DNA of 63,638 bases, the filler included, from Dicyema japonicum (taxonomy: Eukaryota > Animalia > Dicyemida): the NCBI GenBank assembly GCA_011109175.1. It is 12 parts of 12 records of this genome, joined end to end, with 100 filler letters (N's around TTAATTAATTAA, not from the genome) between each part and the next. Parts side by side here need not be neighbours in the genome. Positions count along the whole stretch, not along the records: positions 43,690 to 54,281 come from RDEW01000112.1; positions 54,382 to 56,997 come from RDEW01000092.1; positions 57,098 to 59,702 come from RDEW01000295.1; positions 59,803 to 61,789 come from RDEW01000213.1; 8 more parts are not named here. The stretch is one strand, 5' to 3'. Below the pieces are notes generated by a model that was given only the letters and a program-made list of their open reading frames with translations, was not told where the DNA came from and ran no database searches. The translations under genes and the position numbers were made by a program. Of the stretch, positions 47,510 through 60,419 are shown piece after piece (within the stretch, counting starts at the first letter, position 1; each line of letters opens with the position of its first letter).

Positions 47510-49500
47510 TCAGGAAATTCCCAAGCCATAGCTTTAAATTTGCACAAATATTTGAGGAATAGATCTTTTGTGTGAGTATTTTCGTTGGGACCGAATCGAA
47601 AGCCTTCTTTATGTCGATCGAGCAGACAATGAATTTTTCCTGTTTAGGTTTTTTGTTTAGACCATCTGATATAAATTTCATTAAAGCATTTGGGTGTGTG
47701 ACAGTTGATCGTCCCTCTTTGAATCAATGTTGAAAACTGACTTCTGGGAGGAGGGACGAATCAATCTCATCACCATTCTCTATAGAATTAGTGTGTGCAC
47801 ACATAAAAAGGGCACTGGCCTGTATGAACCAGGATCCTCCTTCGGTTTTCGAGGCCACAGGATTGGGTGAATAGTGGACAGTTTCCATAATGTGGGAATG
47901 ATATTGAATTTGCTCGAGTAGTTGTAAACACTTGTAAGTGCAGAGACAGCTGCCTCGCCCAATTTTTTCAGCATGATCACTGGGATTCCGTCTGGTGAGC
48001 AAGAGCGTGTATTCTTTAATCGAGAGATTTCTAAAGCGACGTCTCGAAGTAGGAAGTACGATGATAAATGCTCCCTTTTCGGTTTCCCTTTAATGATTGA
48101 GGGGGTTTCCGATTTTTTATGGCTTGTGACTTATCTTTTCGCAATGTTTCATAAAACTGCTTAGATCCAGTTGATGATTATGGTTATCCTCGTTTGTACT
48201 GTAGGCGTATTTGATGTTACGCAACATCTTCTACATTTTTAAAAGTGAACCCTTTTTGTTCATCACTCTGGAAATCGTTTCCCAATTTCTTTTTTGTAAA
48301 CGTCTCGCACTTTCTCTGATCCCCATGTTCAGTGCCCGGATCTTTCTCGTTGTAACTTTTGTCAAATGTGTTATGCGTTTGAGGCAATTCATTTCTTTTA
48401 TTTGGCTAACTGTTTTAGTATCGTATTTTATCTTAGTGTGTTTCAGGACTCCTTTTTTGACAAATAGATCTCTCCCCTTGAGAATAACTTTGCTAAAATA
48501 ATTGACTGCCGTATGGAAGAAGTTGAAATTGGAAGAATAAAAACTCGATAGGTATGAGTCAACATTTTCTTTATATCCTATCCAGTCGGCATTAGCGTAA
48601 TCGTGAAATACCGCATGTCTCGAACGGGTTGACAGGGAGCAGTTGATTTTGATATGATTGTGATCGCTCCCTAAGTCGAAATTAACGGACCAGTGGACAA
48701 GAGGTGCCAGTCATGATGAACAAATAGTAATATCGGGTGAAGTGATTGAATTTTTCTCATTGTAAGGGGTTCGAGTGTTCTTCCTTCGGTCGTTTGAAAC
48801 ACACAGATTTTCCAAATGAGAATTTATTAGGTTCCCCTCTTATCTGGAGGTTGTTTCCAATGCCATGAGGGGTGTTTGGCATTAAAATCTCCCAAAACCA
48901 GCAAGTTTTCCACCATGTCAAGTTCAGACAAATCCACTGTAAATTCTTTGGCACAGGAGCCAGGAGGCGGAATATAGATGTTTCCAATAATAATAAATCC
49001 AAGAGAGGTTTGAATGGAGATGGCGAGAAATTCTGTATTAGAGTCTTCATCCAGTTTCCTGAATGTGGGGGGATTTTTGTAGAACATAATTCTTTTTCTG
49101 ACGAGGGTCAATAAGCCTCCGACGTGTCTCGATGGACGATCCGCTCTTAGCACGTTGAAGCCAGAGAAATTGGGAGTTTTGCCAGTTTTCGAAAGCTTTG
49201 TTTCTTGTAGGAGGCAGACGTCAATATCTTTCCTCTCCAGGTAAAGTTTTAGTTCTTTGGCCTTGCCTCTAACTCCGTTGATATTCAGGCTCAATATATT
49301 GAGCTTCTTTCTAGGTCCAGGATTTTCCTCAACATCTCCGGAGATGATGAGCCGCCACCGGGAAAGTGCACGAACTTGGAGGGAGTGCTGTCCAGGGGGA
49401 GGTCCGCTGGATGGATTTTGACTAATGGTTCTTTTTGGATACAATTTAAGATTGTATCTGACGCCAAACGGTGAACCACATGACGCACGCTATTGAGGCG
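47510..49500 (-). mobile_element. Ingi/Vingi-like non-LTR retrotransposon (2A-APE-RT), disrupted
   Basis: 2A, then APE (ILSLNINGVRGK, LLQETKL, GNIYIPP, VLGDFNAKHPSW); RT (IIPTLWK, PGSYRP, IDIKKAFDSVP); runs into the N gap. Confidence 0.9.
49313..49385 (-). other. 2A / StopGo ribosomal-skipping motif
   Basis: HSLQVRALSRWRLIISGDVEENPG|P; GDVEENPGP is encoded by 49313-49339, in frame with APE. Confidence 0.9.
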
Positions 49501-49659
49501 TTCTAATTCGCTTCGAAGGCTGCATTTTAAAATAATTTCCTTTTGAGGGCCGCATTTATAATAATTTTTCATCAAGGAAAGATTATTTATTTTAATGAAA
49601 AACCAAAAATAAGGAAATCTAAACATGTAATCACCATCTTTTAATCGTGCTTAGAGCTT

Positions 49660-50813
49660 TTAATCGGGCTGGGGACATAGGTGGCGTTGTGCTACCTACC
49701 AAAGATTCGAGAGTGCGACCACAATTTTGGGGATCGACATGTCGCGAGCTTTCGACACAATTCGCAGAGGAAAACTTATTTGTGTTCTGCGGGGATTCCT
49801 CGACGGGACTGTGTCAGGATGATAGAAGTTCTATTGTCGAACACGGAACTGATGATTCGAATTGGAGCACGTCATCCAGAAATTTTTCGACGACAGTGGG
49901 CACCCCTCAGGGAGACTCCCTTTCCCCTTTGCTGTTCGTGATATACCTGGAGGCGGCACTACGCGATCTTAGACGCTTTTATAACGGGCAAATCACCGAA
50001 ATTGTATACGCTGACGATGTGATTTTATATCACCTGATACAACAGCCTTGAGGCGGTTACTTGACGTTGCTCCAGCAGAGCTTGGGAAATGGTTCCTTAC
50101 CGTAAATACAACTAAAACTGAAATCACGTAATTGCCCGTATGGATCAAGATTGGATGAGGAATGGAGACGCTCCAGAAAACTTGGCTCACTCCTCGGAGA
50201 CAGTGAGGACATTACCCGAAGGAAAGTACTATCGACGGCCGCGTTAAACAGGCTGAAAACGGATTGGGTGGCTACAGGCCGACATCGATCGCGCTTCGTT
50301 TGCGCCTCTACAATGCTTTTGTGAAACCGGTCCTGCTATAAACTCCTCCTGTTGGGGGATCTCGGCTTCAGAAACTAAAAGCCTCAACTCCTTCCACCGA
50401 ACGCAACTGCGAACACTATGCGGGGTACAATGGCCGACACGGATCAACAATAAGGCACTGTACCGAAAGTGCTCAGCGCGACCTGTGACTTGGGATGTGA
50501 TGGAGGCCCGATGGAGACTGTTTGGACATGTCCTACGGTTGGACCCGACGTCACCTGCAAATCTGGCTATGGAGGAGTACTTTGGTGCAAGTGGAAAGAA
50601 ATATCGGGGCGCCCGCGTATTACACTACCGGAGATGCTGGAGCGGATCTCAAATCAATCAACCGCAGGCTTAAAAGTGGGGATGATCTGGATGCAATGAG
50701 GAGTCTAGCATGCAACAGGGGAGGATGGAAAAAGGATTGTCAGAAAATCGTTTCAAGTGCCGCACGTGTGGAGATATAACTATTATGTCTCTACGGGAGT
50801 TGCTAATAATAAT
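49660..50813 (+). mobile_element. 5'-truncated RTE-clade element
   Basis: GTPQGDSLSPLLF, IVYADD, KLGSLLGD, RWRLFGHVLR, NRGGW; TTGCT(AAT)n tail. Confidence 0.9.
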
Positions 50814-50989
50814 AGAGCTACTTCCGGATGATTGACATCTTTTTTCCGATACAATTTTTGATATGTCGGGCTCAATTATTAGTGTAGTCCCGACACTTCA
50901 ATTAAAGTCGATAAATTTAAATCGGAGTGCACGGTACTGTTGCATTATTGTTGCATTACTCTACTAAACGTTACTGTTGGACATGAGGC

Positions 50990-51038
50990 TCACGGGCCGA
51001 ACCTGTACTTGCTGAGGGCCGCATGTTTGACAGCCCTG
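50990..51038. mobile_element. hAT right end
   Basis: GAGGGCCGCATGTTTGACAGCCCTG followed by CTTTAGAC; the same GAGGGCCGCAT motif occurs near 49546. Confidence 0.6.
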
Positions 51039-51215
51039 CTTTAGACAAATAAAAAATTTGGTGAGAATCCAGTTGACAGATGATCATTTACAAGATGAGT
51101 TCATTTTAAGAATTTCAAAATGAATTTCAGAATAAAAAAGCTTTTAGGTAATGCTATAATTTGTTGAGTAAACGTGGGACACAAAAAATCCCTTACCTCT
51201 GGTCTAGAACATTAA

Positions 51216-53770
51216 TTGTTGTTGTTGCATAACCCCGATCACACGTCAAAGAATGAGACCAGGTGCAAGCAGAAACAACAGCGCTTTCCCGGGTTGCTCC
51301 CAAAGGACCTCAGGGGAGTAAACATCAAATTTTCTGCGGATAGGGAGAAGACCGGGACGGCGGAAAAGGTGATAAGTCGAATGGTCGTCAACACAGCAAA
51401 GCTTGCAAAAAGAGAGATCGAGTCGTCAATTTTGTGAGCGTAGTGATTTAATGAATGATGATGGCCAGAGCGGAAACGAGCAAGATTGATTTGAGCGGAA
51501 CGGTCAAGAAGAATTTCGGAGGGGTGAACATCCGGAGTTAGGCGTCAACCTTAGAATTGTCGACGTTGAAATATAATCGTGAATTCTTTTCATTGAATGA
51601 AAACATTGGTTCAGGCCATTAATTCTAGCAAAAACCCGAGAGTATTGTTTTGCACGCGTATTCTTCAGTGAACGACAATTGTCATTTAGCAAATTTAGAG
51701 CAGTGCAGGGGTGGTATGATTTTTGCGAAGTGAATAATAATTGTGCTCATCTCATATTTAGATGTTCTTCTATCGGCAGAAGATTAGTTTCTTAGTGTAG
51801 GTAGTCAATGGATGTTGATTTCAGGCATCAGGATATAATACGCATAGCCTTGTTTTATACTGATTTAAGTTTCGCAGTAGAGCTTGTAGATAGGTGGAGA
51901 GTCCAGCTTGGAGTCGCGTAACTTAGTACGGGACGGATGTATTGTTTGTATACCGAGGACTTTAAGGACGAAGCCTCGAGCCTGTTTTTGATGAGCCAAT
52001 TTTCAACGGAGTATAGTTGTCGCTGAATGTTAAAGGAGGCGGTATTGTAGTCCTCGTGTTTTGAAGCAATGTCGTCTTCATAAGACAGTGTCAAGTTGTT
52101 TGGTCGTTTGCCGGAAAGTCATGCAAATATAGGTTGAACAAGGTCGGAGACGGCAGGGAACCTTGCGGTTCCCCGTTTGGAAGATAACGTTGCCTAAAAC
52201 AATCGTCCATAAGGGAGAAGTAACCCATGCGACCCGATAAAAAGTTTGCAAGCCAGGATTTGTAGTTTGAGTTTAGGTCGGTCTTCAGAATATTGTTGAT
52301 GAGTCCACATCGAGGGACGCTGTCGAAAGCCTTAGAGATGTCGATAAAAGCTAGGACTGTTCGTTTTGGCGTTCTCTTCTCATTAAAGCCGTCCAGGACG
52401 AATTGCGAAAGCGTTGTTAAGTGATTAGTTGTTGAGAGCAGTGGTTGGGTGTGGGAAGTTGGTAAGTGTTTGGATATTCGTGAAAGGATTAGTCTTTCGA
52501 GGATTTTAGATAGCGTGCACAAAAGAGAGATTGGGCGGTAGGAACTTGGAATGCCAGCCGGTTTGTTCGGTTTGATCAACGGGATGATACGTGATTACTT
52601 CTAAAGTGCAGGAATTTCGTTTTTGCAACAGAATTGTTGTAAATAGAGACTATGGCATTGATGGCATTCGAGCCAAGTCTTTTAAGATGGTAGATAGAAA
52701 TGTTGTCAGGACCAGTGGCGGAGAGTTTTTCGAGTTTTTAATACATTGCGAGACTTCATCTGCAGTAAAAGTCGGTATGGATTCCGTGGATGATAGCCTT
52801 CTTCGAGATTTGTCAACCTTCCGATCATTTTTGCTAGATGTTTTGTGACTTAATGAAGTGTAATATTTCATTAGGGTATTTGCCTGCTGAACCGCATTGA
52901 GTGGAGTATTCGAATGAGAAGTAGCAGATTCATGGGATTTTAGCTTTTAATACATCAGCCATTCATGTTTTTGAAGGTCTCCAAATTTTGGACCTGTTTG
53001 ATCTGTAATCAATTGAGGCGATAAATTGAGTCCACTTGGACTCTGCGTACAGATTTATGGCAACGGTGATTTGTTTGTTTAGATTCCTCAGTTCGATAGA
53101 GGACTCGACAGAGTGCCCTGTTCCTATTTAAGTTTGTTGCGAGTATTTATGAGAGATTTTATTTCGTGGCTGTAACTTGGGCAGAACTTTTTTTATTATT
53201 CCTTGAGGGATGAATTTTTTGGAATTGGAAATGATAAGAGTAGTTAGAGCAGCGTTTCCCAAAGTGGGTGCCGCGGGCAAGTAATAGGGGTGACGCGAAA
53301 AATTCGAAAATTTATTTTTATTTAAGTAAATTTATTTTATTTAGACAAAATAAGTAGATTCTCAACAAATAACGTGCCGTGTCGGCATTTATAGTGTTAT
53401 TGTTATTTTTAGCATTTTTTCTGAATATCAACAAATTCTTGAAATATCAACAGATCACGAATTGAAAGAATTGTTAAAAAAAGTTAAATAATTTTTAGAT
53501 TTAGAACTGAATCATTGTTCAGTTTAGTTTTTAACAAATATTTATTTAAAATATTATTTAGGGGTGCCGAGGATAAAGTTAACATTTTTAGGGGTGTCGC
53601 GAAAGAAAAAGTTTGGGAAACCCTGAGTTAGATGATTGACTGCTGCATTAGTCGAGCGAAAGCTGTTGATGTTGAAATCATTCAGTGATTTTTTTATAGA
53701 GCAAGACGGTATTCGTCCCAAGAAGCTCTTTGTAGTTAGTGTAACAGCGGCGTTGTATGTCAATGTTAGA
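51216..53770 (-). mobile_element. Decayed Ingi/Vingi-like element with (CAA)n tail
   Basis: SSYRPISLLCTLSKILER, FIDISKAFDSVP, NGEPQGS, C-terminal QINLARFRSGHH..C..C...H; tail at 51216-51227; interrupted by a hAT MITE. Confidence 0.82.
53250..53625. mobile_element. hAT MITE (376 bp)
   Basis: TIRs CAGCGTTTCCCAAAGT / AGTTTGGGAAACCCTG; TSD AGTTAGAG / AGTTAGAT (7 of 8 match). Confidence 0.9.
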
Positions 53771-53788
53771 TTTTAGACTCTAAATATA

Positions 53789-54281
53789 TAGTCCCGTCCA
53801 AATGTTAGAGGCACCCTATTTTTTCCCTAAAAAAGGCACTTATTTATTATTTTTCGAAGATTTTAAAGAATAAATTAAGTTTTTAAAAAAAATTAAACAT
53901 TTCCAAAGTTTTTATAAATATTCTACTGATAGTATTCTCAAACTTGAAACAAAAAATAATTGGTCGCTCATATGTTAGAGGCACTTATGTAAAAAGCAAT
54001 AATTCTATAATTTATTATGATTAATTCTAAACTACAAATGCCTAAAAAATTCAAATGCCTCGTGTATCAGCTTATAACAGGTTTCTCGTCATCGAAAAAT
54101 TAAAATGTGGCGAATCTCAGGTGAAAATATCCAAAGATTTGGGAATCTCTCGTTGTGCCATTCAAAAAATTAAAAAGCGATTTTTACACGGATATTTATA
54201 TAACGATATGCCAAAAAAGGGAAGGAACAAAAAATTAACCGAAAACGATGAACGCTATCTTATCAGAATGTCAANATCATT
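53789..54281 (+). mobile_element. Tc1-like element left end with transposase N-terminus
   Basis: MPRVS..ISKDLGISRCAIQKI..GRNKKLTENDERYLIR (HTH, GRPR-like); TA-flanked end; direct repeat ATGTTAGAGGCAC at 53802 and 53972. Confidence 0.88.
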
Positions 54282-54381
54282 NNNNNNNNNNNNNNNNNNN
54301 NNNNNNNNNNNNNNNNNNNNNNNNNTTAATTAATTAANNNNNNNNNNNNNNNNNNNNNNNNNNNNNNNNNNNNNNNNNNNN

Positions 54382-54886
54382 AGATCATTTGGTAATTTTG
54401 GATGATAATATTGCGAAATTTTTTCCGGATAAATTTGATGACGGTTGGGTTCAAAATTTAGAGCTAAAGTAATACCAGAAAATCTAACATCAATTGAATA
54501 TGAACATCTTATTGACATCTGAATCAACGTCAAATCAGTTATATAAAAAGTGAATCCCTTTTTAATTTTTGGAGAACTTACATTTCAAAATATCCTGATT
54601 TCTCAGAAAAAGCTATACGTACACTATTACCTTTACCAACGACTTACTTGTGCGAGTCGGGGTGTTCAATATTTACATCTTCCAAAACAAAATATAAACT
54701 CAATTTTGATATGAAGATAAGTTGTCAACAATAACGCATAACGTTACACAACTATGCTATGATAAAAAATTACCTCAATTTTTACATTACAATTGTTTTT
54801 GGTTATTACTACTATGTTTTAAGTGTAATAGTAATAATTGAATTTGAAGGGTTCCGCGAGCACTTTAAGGTTGGGTTAAACCACTG
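54382..54886 (+). mobile_element. hAT (Buster) transposase C-terminus and right TIR
   Basis: FWRT..SKYPDFSEKAIRTLLPLPTTYLCESG.S..KTKY; ends AAGGTTGGGTTAAACCACTG. Confidence 0.8.
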
Positions 54887-55379
54887 GCTTAAATGATACG
54901 ATAACTTTTCCAGATTACTAGGGTCGAGATCATTGTATGCTTAATGCGTGCAGGACATAATGGAAATTTTGCTGTCTACGCCAGGTAGCTACGTCAATAA
55001 AGCATTTAACAAAACTGGAAGAATTATCACTTTCCACTCTCGACCATCTTATCCGCAAAAATGGAAAGGGCTTCTTAGTCCTTCGAAAACTGAAGTGTTT
55101 ACCACATTCCACCCCTAAAAGCAAAAATAAAAAATACATCACACCGGAGGAATATATGGGAAACACTCCCTCCCGCCCGTAGCTGTGCTGGTTCAAAAGT
55201 CCAACATCGGGAAAATTTGAGAAGCTTCTTCAGAGTTTACCTAATTAATTAATTCCTTTAATTAACTGCTGGTGATTTTGGGATATAAAAATCAAAATTT
55301 AATTTTTTAGGTTAAAATGTTTTATTGATTTAATTATTAACCCCAGACTTACAATCTTTGGTAAGCCCAACACAAAAAA

Positions 55380-55640
55380 TCACAGCTAATCAATCCAAGA
55401 AAGGAACCCTATGGAGTACTTCTGTTTGTGCCGACCAAATCCATCCTCTAATAGTCCATTACAGGCTTCCGAAAAAAGGTGGAGAAGTAGGTCCGCCCTC
55501 TTCCAATTTCTTCGCAAGTCCTACCGTCACGGATATGGAATATCTTCAGTGGATTTGGATAGGGAGAAAGATAGTAAGATCTTTTTCAACAACTGTTTCG
55601 TTCAGAAATCGTAGCCTCAGGGTGGGATCTGTTTTTAACG
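55380..55640 (+). other. Unidentified coding-like repeat, copy B
   Basis: Homologous to 40660-40960 (-); contains stops and frameshifts; candidate 25-nt intron upstream (GTAAGCCC...CACAG). Confidence 0.6.
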
Positions 55641-57699
55641 AGAATTGATTTTTAATTATGACATTTAAAAATAAATTTAAAGATCAATCTACACAAACTT
55701 CACACACATTTTGCTCGATTCGACTCCAAGTCAAAAAAATCCCTAATAATTCGCTTAAAATAATGTTTAGTCAGGTCTATTTGAAAAAAGAGGCTCTGGA
55801 AAAAAGTAGGAACAGCCGTATCTGTTAGAGGACTCGAGAATGTTTTAAAATTATTTTTGCAAACATTGTTTAGAGTCTGTCGCAGGTCCGGAGATAAATG
55901 AAGTGCAACTACGAACGATCCTAGATCTTCCATGGATGACCGACTTTTGTCAGAAAAAAAAATTGTAGTATAGAATCTGTCGGACCATGGCATTGAAGAC
56001 AGCATAAACGAAAAGTTTGCGGACAGAGAAACATTAAGAGAGGTTAAAATCCAAATGTGAAAGACAGTTCGGCATATTTCCATTAAACGCTGTAAAAACG
56101 AACGTTACAAATGTGATCGGTCTCTTAGCGGAAGAGAGTCAATATGTGAGAAAAAGAAATTAAAGCCATTCTGAAGATATAAGAAATCTCTAAATTAATG
56201 ACCTGTTATTTAGGAGGAACAGAATGGTATGATGATCGAGAGTACAGATGATTTTTTTGATGGCCAAAAAGAAGAGGAATAGTTCGAGAGGGTTTCCCTG
56301 ATAGATTCCGAAGGACGAAAATATTAAATATTCTTCGAAAAGATTGGACTGGGGTCCATACTACTTGTTTTTTCAGCCATAAATTATAGAAACATTTCTT
56401 ATACAAGTTTCCAAAATGAAATTTCTTTTTATACTACTCAATGTGTTCTTGATGTCGATAACATTTTAAGTTTCTTATCTATAAAATTTTTGCTATTTAG
56501 GCTCCCAAGTCTATTTTATAAAAGGTTTCAGATAATAGGTAGGCACAGTGGTATTTTTTGGAGTACTAGCTTTACCCCAACTTCGATTTAGAAATGTACA
56601 ATCAGGGAGTACATATCATATGCTAAAGATCCAAGCATCTAACTTCTTGAAAATAAAACCGACAACGATCGGACAATTCCACCTCCCTTCTTATCATAAA
56701 ATAGTTGATTGGAAGGAAACAGGACGTAAAAGATGCCTCGAAGTTATAGAAAATATGATAAGGACAGATGGATCTCAAAAGGTCTTTAAATAATCAGGTT
56801 TTATTCTATTGAAGCAACCGTTGCCCCCTGGGTGAAAATTCAGAATCATCAAAAGTACTTCATCGTTCGAGGCGGTTATGGAGTTCACTTTGAGAGACAA
56901 TGGAATATTTCCCAGATTGTAAGGGGAAGGTGGTTGTTTGTCCAACTACACATTGAAAATGTCTAATGATGAGTTGTGTAGTTCTTTTGTAAAAAAANNN
57001 NNNNNNNNNNNNNNNNNNNNNNNNNNNNNNNNNNNNNNNNNTTAATTAATTAANNNNNNNNNNNNNNNNNNNNNNNNNNNNNNNNNNNNNNNNNNNNCTT
57101 CCTCCAAGTCCTACGGAGATATGAATAAAAAGTAACAAGTTCGCGTTGAATTTCGGGAGTAACTAATTATTTTAGTAAACCATATTAATTAAAACTTTCC
57201 ACGAATACTCCCCAAAGTTCTTTCAAAATTGAATCGGATGAAATCCCAATTCCATGTGAAGAAAGTAGAGCACAGTCTCAGATAGGAAGGAAATGTCCTC
57301 ATTAACAGCCAAGTTGACAATCCCTCATATCGACAGCGTTATTCTTCGTTGACACAAAAAATGTCAAGATACCTTTTTCCCTTAAAAATCTAAACGATTT
57401 ACATAAAAACTCATTTTGCTTGTATTAATCATTTTTACGTTTCTCGGTGTTAAATGGTACCTCACCCTCTTTTTTGAACAAAATCATATCCTTGCACGAG
57501 AAGACTCTACGCCTTCTACGGAGTTGAACTGATCCTAGCCTTGTCACCCCAAGATCAGAGTCATCAATACGAGGGAATTGTCGCGGATTCTCCTGTTCTG
57601 TCATGAAGAAGGGTCCACTATGTTCATCCGTGGCACGGTCTGAAAATGAACAATCTTTCATGAACTCATCTACCACCGACTTTTTGTGTAGGCTCAAAC

Positions 57700-58010
57700 A
57701 GATCGTCCTTTCGTGAGCCCTAATATCTGTCTAGTATTCAGCCACATTGAGTAGCACATGATCGACAGTTTTTTTCTTATAATGATCACACAATGATCCC
57801 GTGGTGGCGGAAACAAATTTATGTCCTTTCAAAGGATGTATAGTTNTTTTAGAAGAGATGTGAGCTATTTTGTCGTGAGCCCTAATCTCTGTCTAGTATT
57901 CAGCCACATTGAGTAGCACATGATCGACAGTTTTTTTTCTTATAGTGATCACACAATGATCCCGTGGTGGCGGAAACAAATTTATGTCCTTTCAAAGGAT
58001 GTATAGTTAT
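57700..58010 (-). mobile_element. R4-like Zn-knuckle fragment
   Basis: LCDH.KKK.TVDHV.TQCG.ILD.D resembles 5312-5410. Confidence 0.45.
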
Positions 58011-58639
58011 TAGCTCAAGGACCGTTATTTCCTCTCGGTAGTTATCCACTTGGAGTTCCTACTTCTACATTTGGTCTCTAGAAGGAATACGAATTTCTGG
58101 CTACCAACAACAGGCTAAATACTAAAATTTATTTATTTAGAACATCAGAATCACTGAGAAAGACAGAAAAAATGTCAGATACTTCCCGCAATCAAACGAG
58201 CCATCCAACGTCTGTGGTCTTCTATTGTTTACACTGCAGACCTTTAGTGAGGAGTTTCTTCGTATAGGAGTTGAAATTCAACAGCCTGTCTAACAGTAAT
58301 CCAATAAAAATTCTTGGATCTTTGTTTGAACTACGGCAAGCCAGAGTTTTATATTCAACCTCTACCCACCTCACTGCCATCATCCAATTTCTTGTGGCTC
58401 ACCAAAAAGTCTTCCCTATTCTGGGTAGGAATAAAAAAAGCCATTAACTTTTCCGAGTCATTTGAGGGTTCCAAAAATATTAATTAAAAAAATTCAATTT
58501 TTTAATATTAAATTTTCTTTTTATTTATAAGAGAAACAATATTAAATATTGAATTTTTAATTATAAAAATTTTAAATAAATTGATTTTGACTCTTGAAAG
58601 TGCTACACTTATCTAAGGACCCTGGATGAACGTAAGCCT

Positions 58640-59702
58640 GATGACATCAGATTTGAACCTGTGGTCCACAGAGAACTTGCAGTGGTCCACGGGGCGATTT
58701 TATAAAAATGTAACTAACCAGCTTTGTTTGAAGTTCTTTATTTTAATAATCAAGGATAAACATCCAAACAAACTGACAACATTCAATTAACTAGTGATTA
58801 CCTTGAACTTGTTGTTTATGACACAAGATATCAAAGTCAATTTTGATGCTGGTTCAATCTTAATCTTGTTCATTTGCTGTTGATGTCCAATGTGTTTCGT
58901 TTTTACTAAAACATCCGTTGTTTCTGACACAAGATATCAAAGTCAATTTTGATGCTGGTTCAATCTTAATCTTCTTCATTTGCTGTTGATGTCCAATGTG
59001 TTTCGTTTTTACTAAAACATCCAAAACAGCTGAAAAGCCAGATTCAAGATAAAGAAAAAAATATTTTTGTTTCTTCATGCTGGAAAACGTTTGGGTATGA
59101 GTCTTTTATTAATTTGTAGGCAATACACCTTCTTTATCAACTCTTGTTCCCAGTTTCATATTTCTCAACTAACTCAGCATTTTCATTTGGTTCATAATTT
59201 TTTGGTCCACAAACAAAAGTGGATAATCCATATTTAAAAAGTGACTGAATCTTCTCTCAAAGTCTGCAATAAGAACATCAAGATGGGCAGTGCATGCAGC
59301 ATTCCATTCGAATATTTCATTACTTCATTGAATACATCTCCACAAGTAGTGTCAGGCAAACTTTTAATGAACAACATTTCTTCTCTTGTTTCATCTTCAT
59401 GGATAAATCTAGACAAGAAGGATGGTTTCNGGGCAGTGCATGCAGCAATCCATTCGAATATTTCATTACTTCATTGAATACATCTCCACAAGTAGTGTCA
59501 GGCAAACTTTTAATGAACAACATTTCTTCTCTTGTATCATCTTCATAGATAAATCTAGACAAGAAGGATGGTTTCGTTATGAATTGTGCTCTCATCAATC
59601 TGCATAGAAAACTCTGTCTTTTGTATCTTTTCCTCATCCTTAGTGTTTGAAAGAGGAATTTTACTCATAGCAGCATCTTTTCCGAGAACTTCATTAACAC
59701 AA
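58640..59702 (-). mobile_element. hAT (Buster) transposase remnant
   Basis: REEMLFIKSLPDTTCGDVFNEV; LESGFSAVLDVLVKTK; IDFDILCHKQQVQGNH*; GTGGTCCAC subterminal repeats at about 58641-58690. Confidence 0.72.
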
Positions 59703-60419
59703 NNNNNNNNNNNNNNNNNNNNNNNNNNNNNNNNNNNNNNNNNNNNTTAATTAATTAANNNNNNNNNNNNNNNNNNNNNNNNNNNNNNNNNNNNNNNNNN
59801 NNAGTGTCATATATTCGGTACTCTTTATTAATATTCAAAAATTGACTTACCGAATTTTTTTAAATGCTGCTTTTCTAGCATCTATGACTCAAATCGATAT
59901 TCATAAATTCTGTCAAATAAACAAGCTTCAGACTTCGAGATTTCGGTTAAATTATTGTGTATTCCTTTCATGAAAATATTTATATGTCCTCCATAAACAG
60001 AGGTGGTTATTTGCACAATTAAGAGATCCTAGGTTTGATTGTCAATAACCACTTTGGAGTATTTTATATTTTGTAACCTACTCAGAAGGTCTATTACAAG
60101 CAAAAAGATCAGAGTCACCTTGAGATTGTCTATTATCAGATGGTATGTCTCAATACAATCTGAAAACTTTCTGTTCACATATTCGTAACCAACTTTGTAT
60201 GCATATAATTATTTTTAAGTCCTTTGGGGGTAAGAACGTAATTAAAACCATTCATTTGTAGCATACTTTCTGTGTGTTATCTAGGCGATTTCTTCATAGA
60301 GGCGGTCATGAATTGATTTGAATTTTATAGGAAAAAAGTTTTACATCCCACCACTAACACAGCTTTCCAATTCGGTAACCGGTAAATTCATCGCGAGGTA
60401 AATTCATCCCAGTTAAATC

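Noticed and set aside
58150-58280. Q..SNVCG.YC motif suggesting a Polinton/adenain-type protease
   Set aside because: Needs a frameshift; no catalytic His/Asp context or other Polinton genes seen.
39490-59575. Direct repeats flanking single N bases (about 39490-39960, 41696-41950, 57716-58010, 59270-59575)
   Set aside because: Typical of scaffolder negative-gap joins that duplicate overlapping contig ends; not treated as biology.
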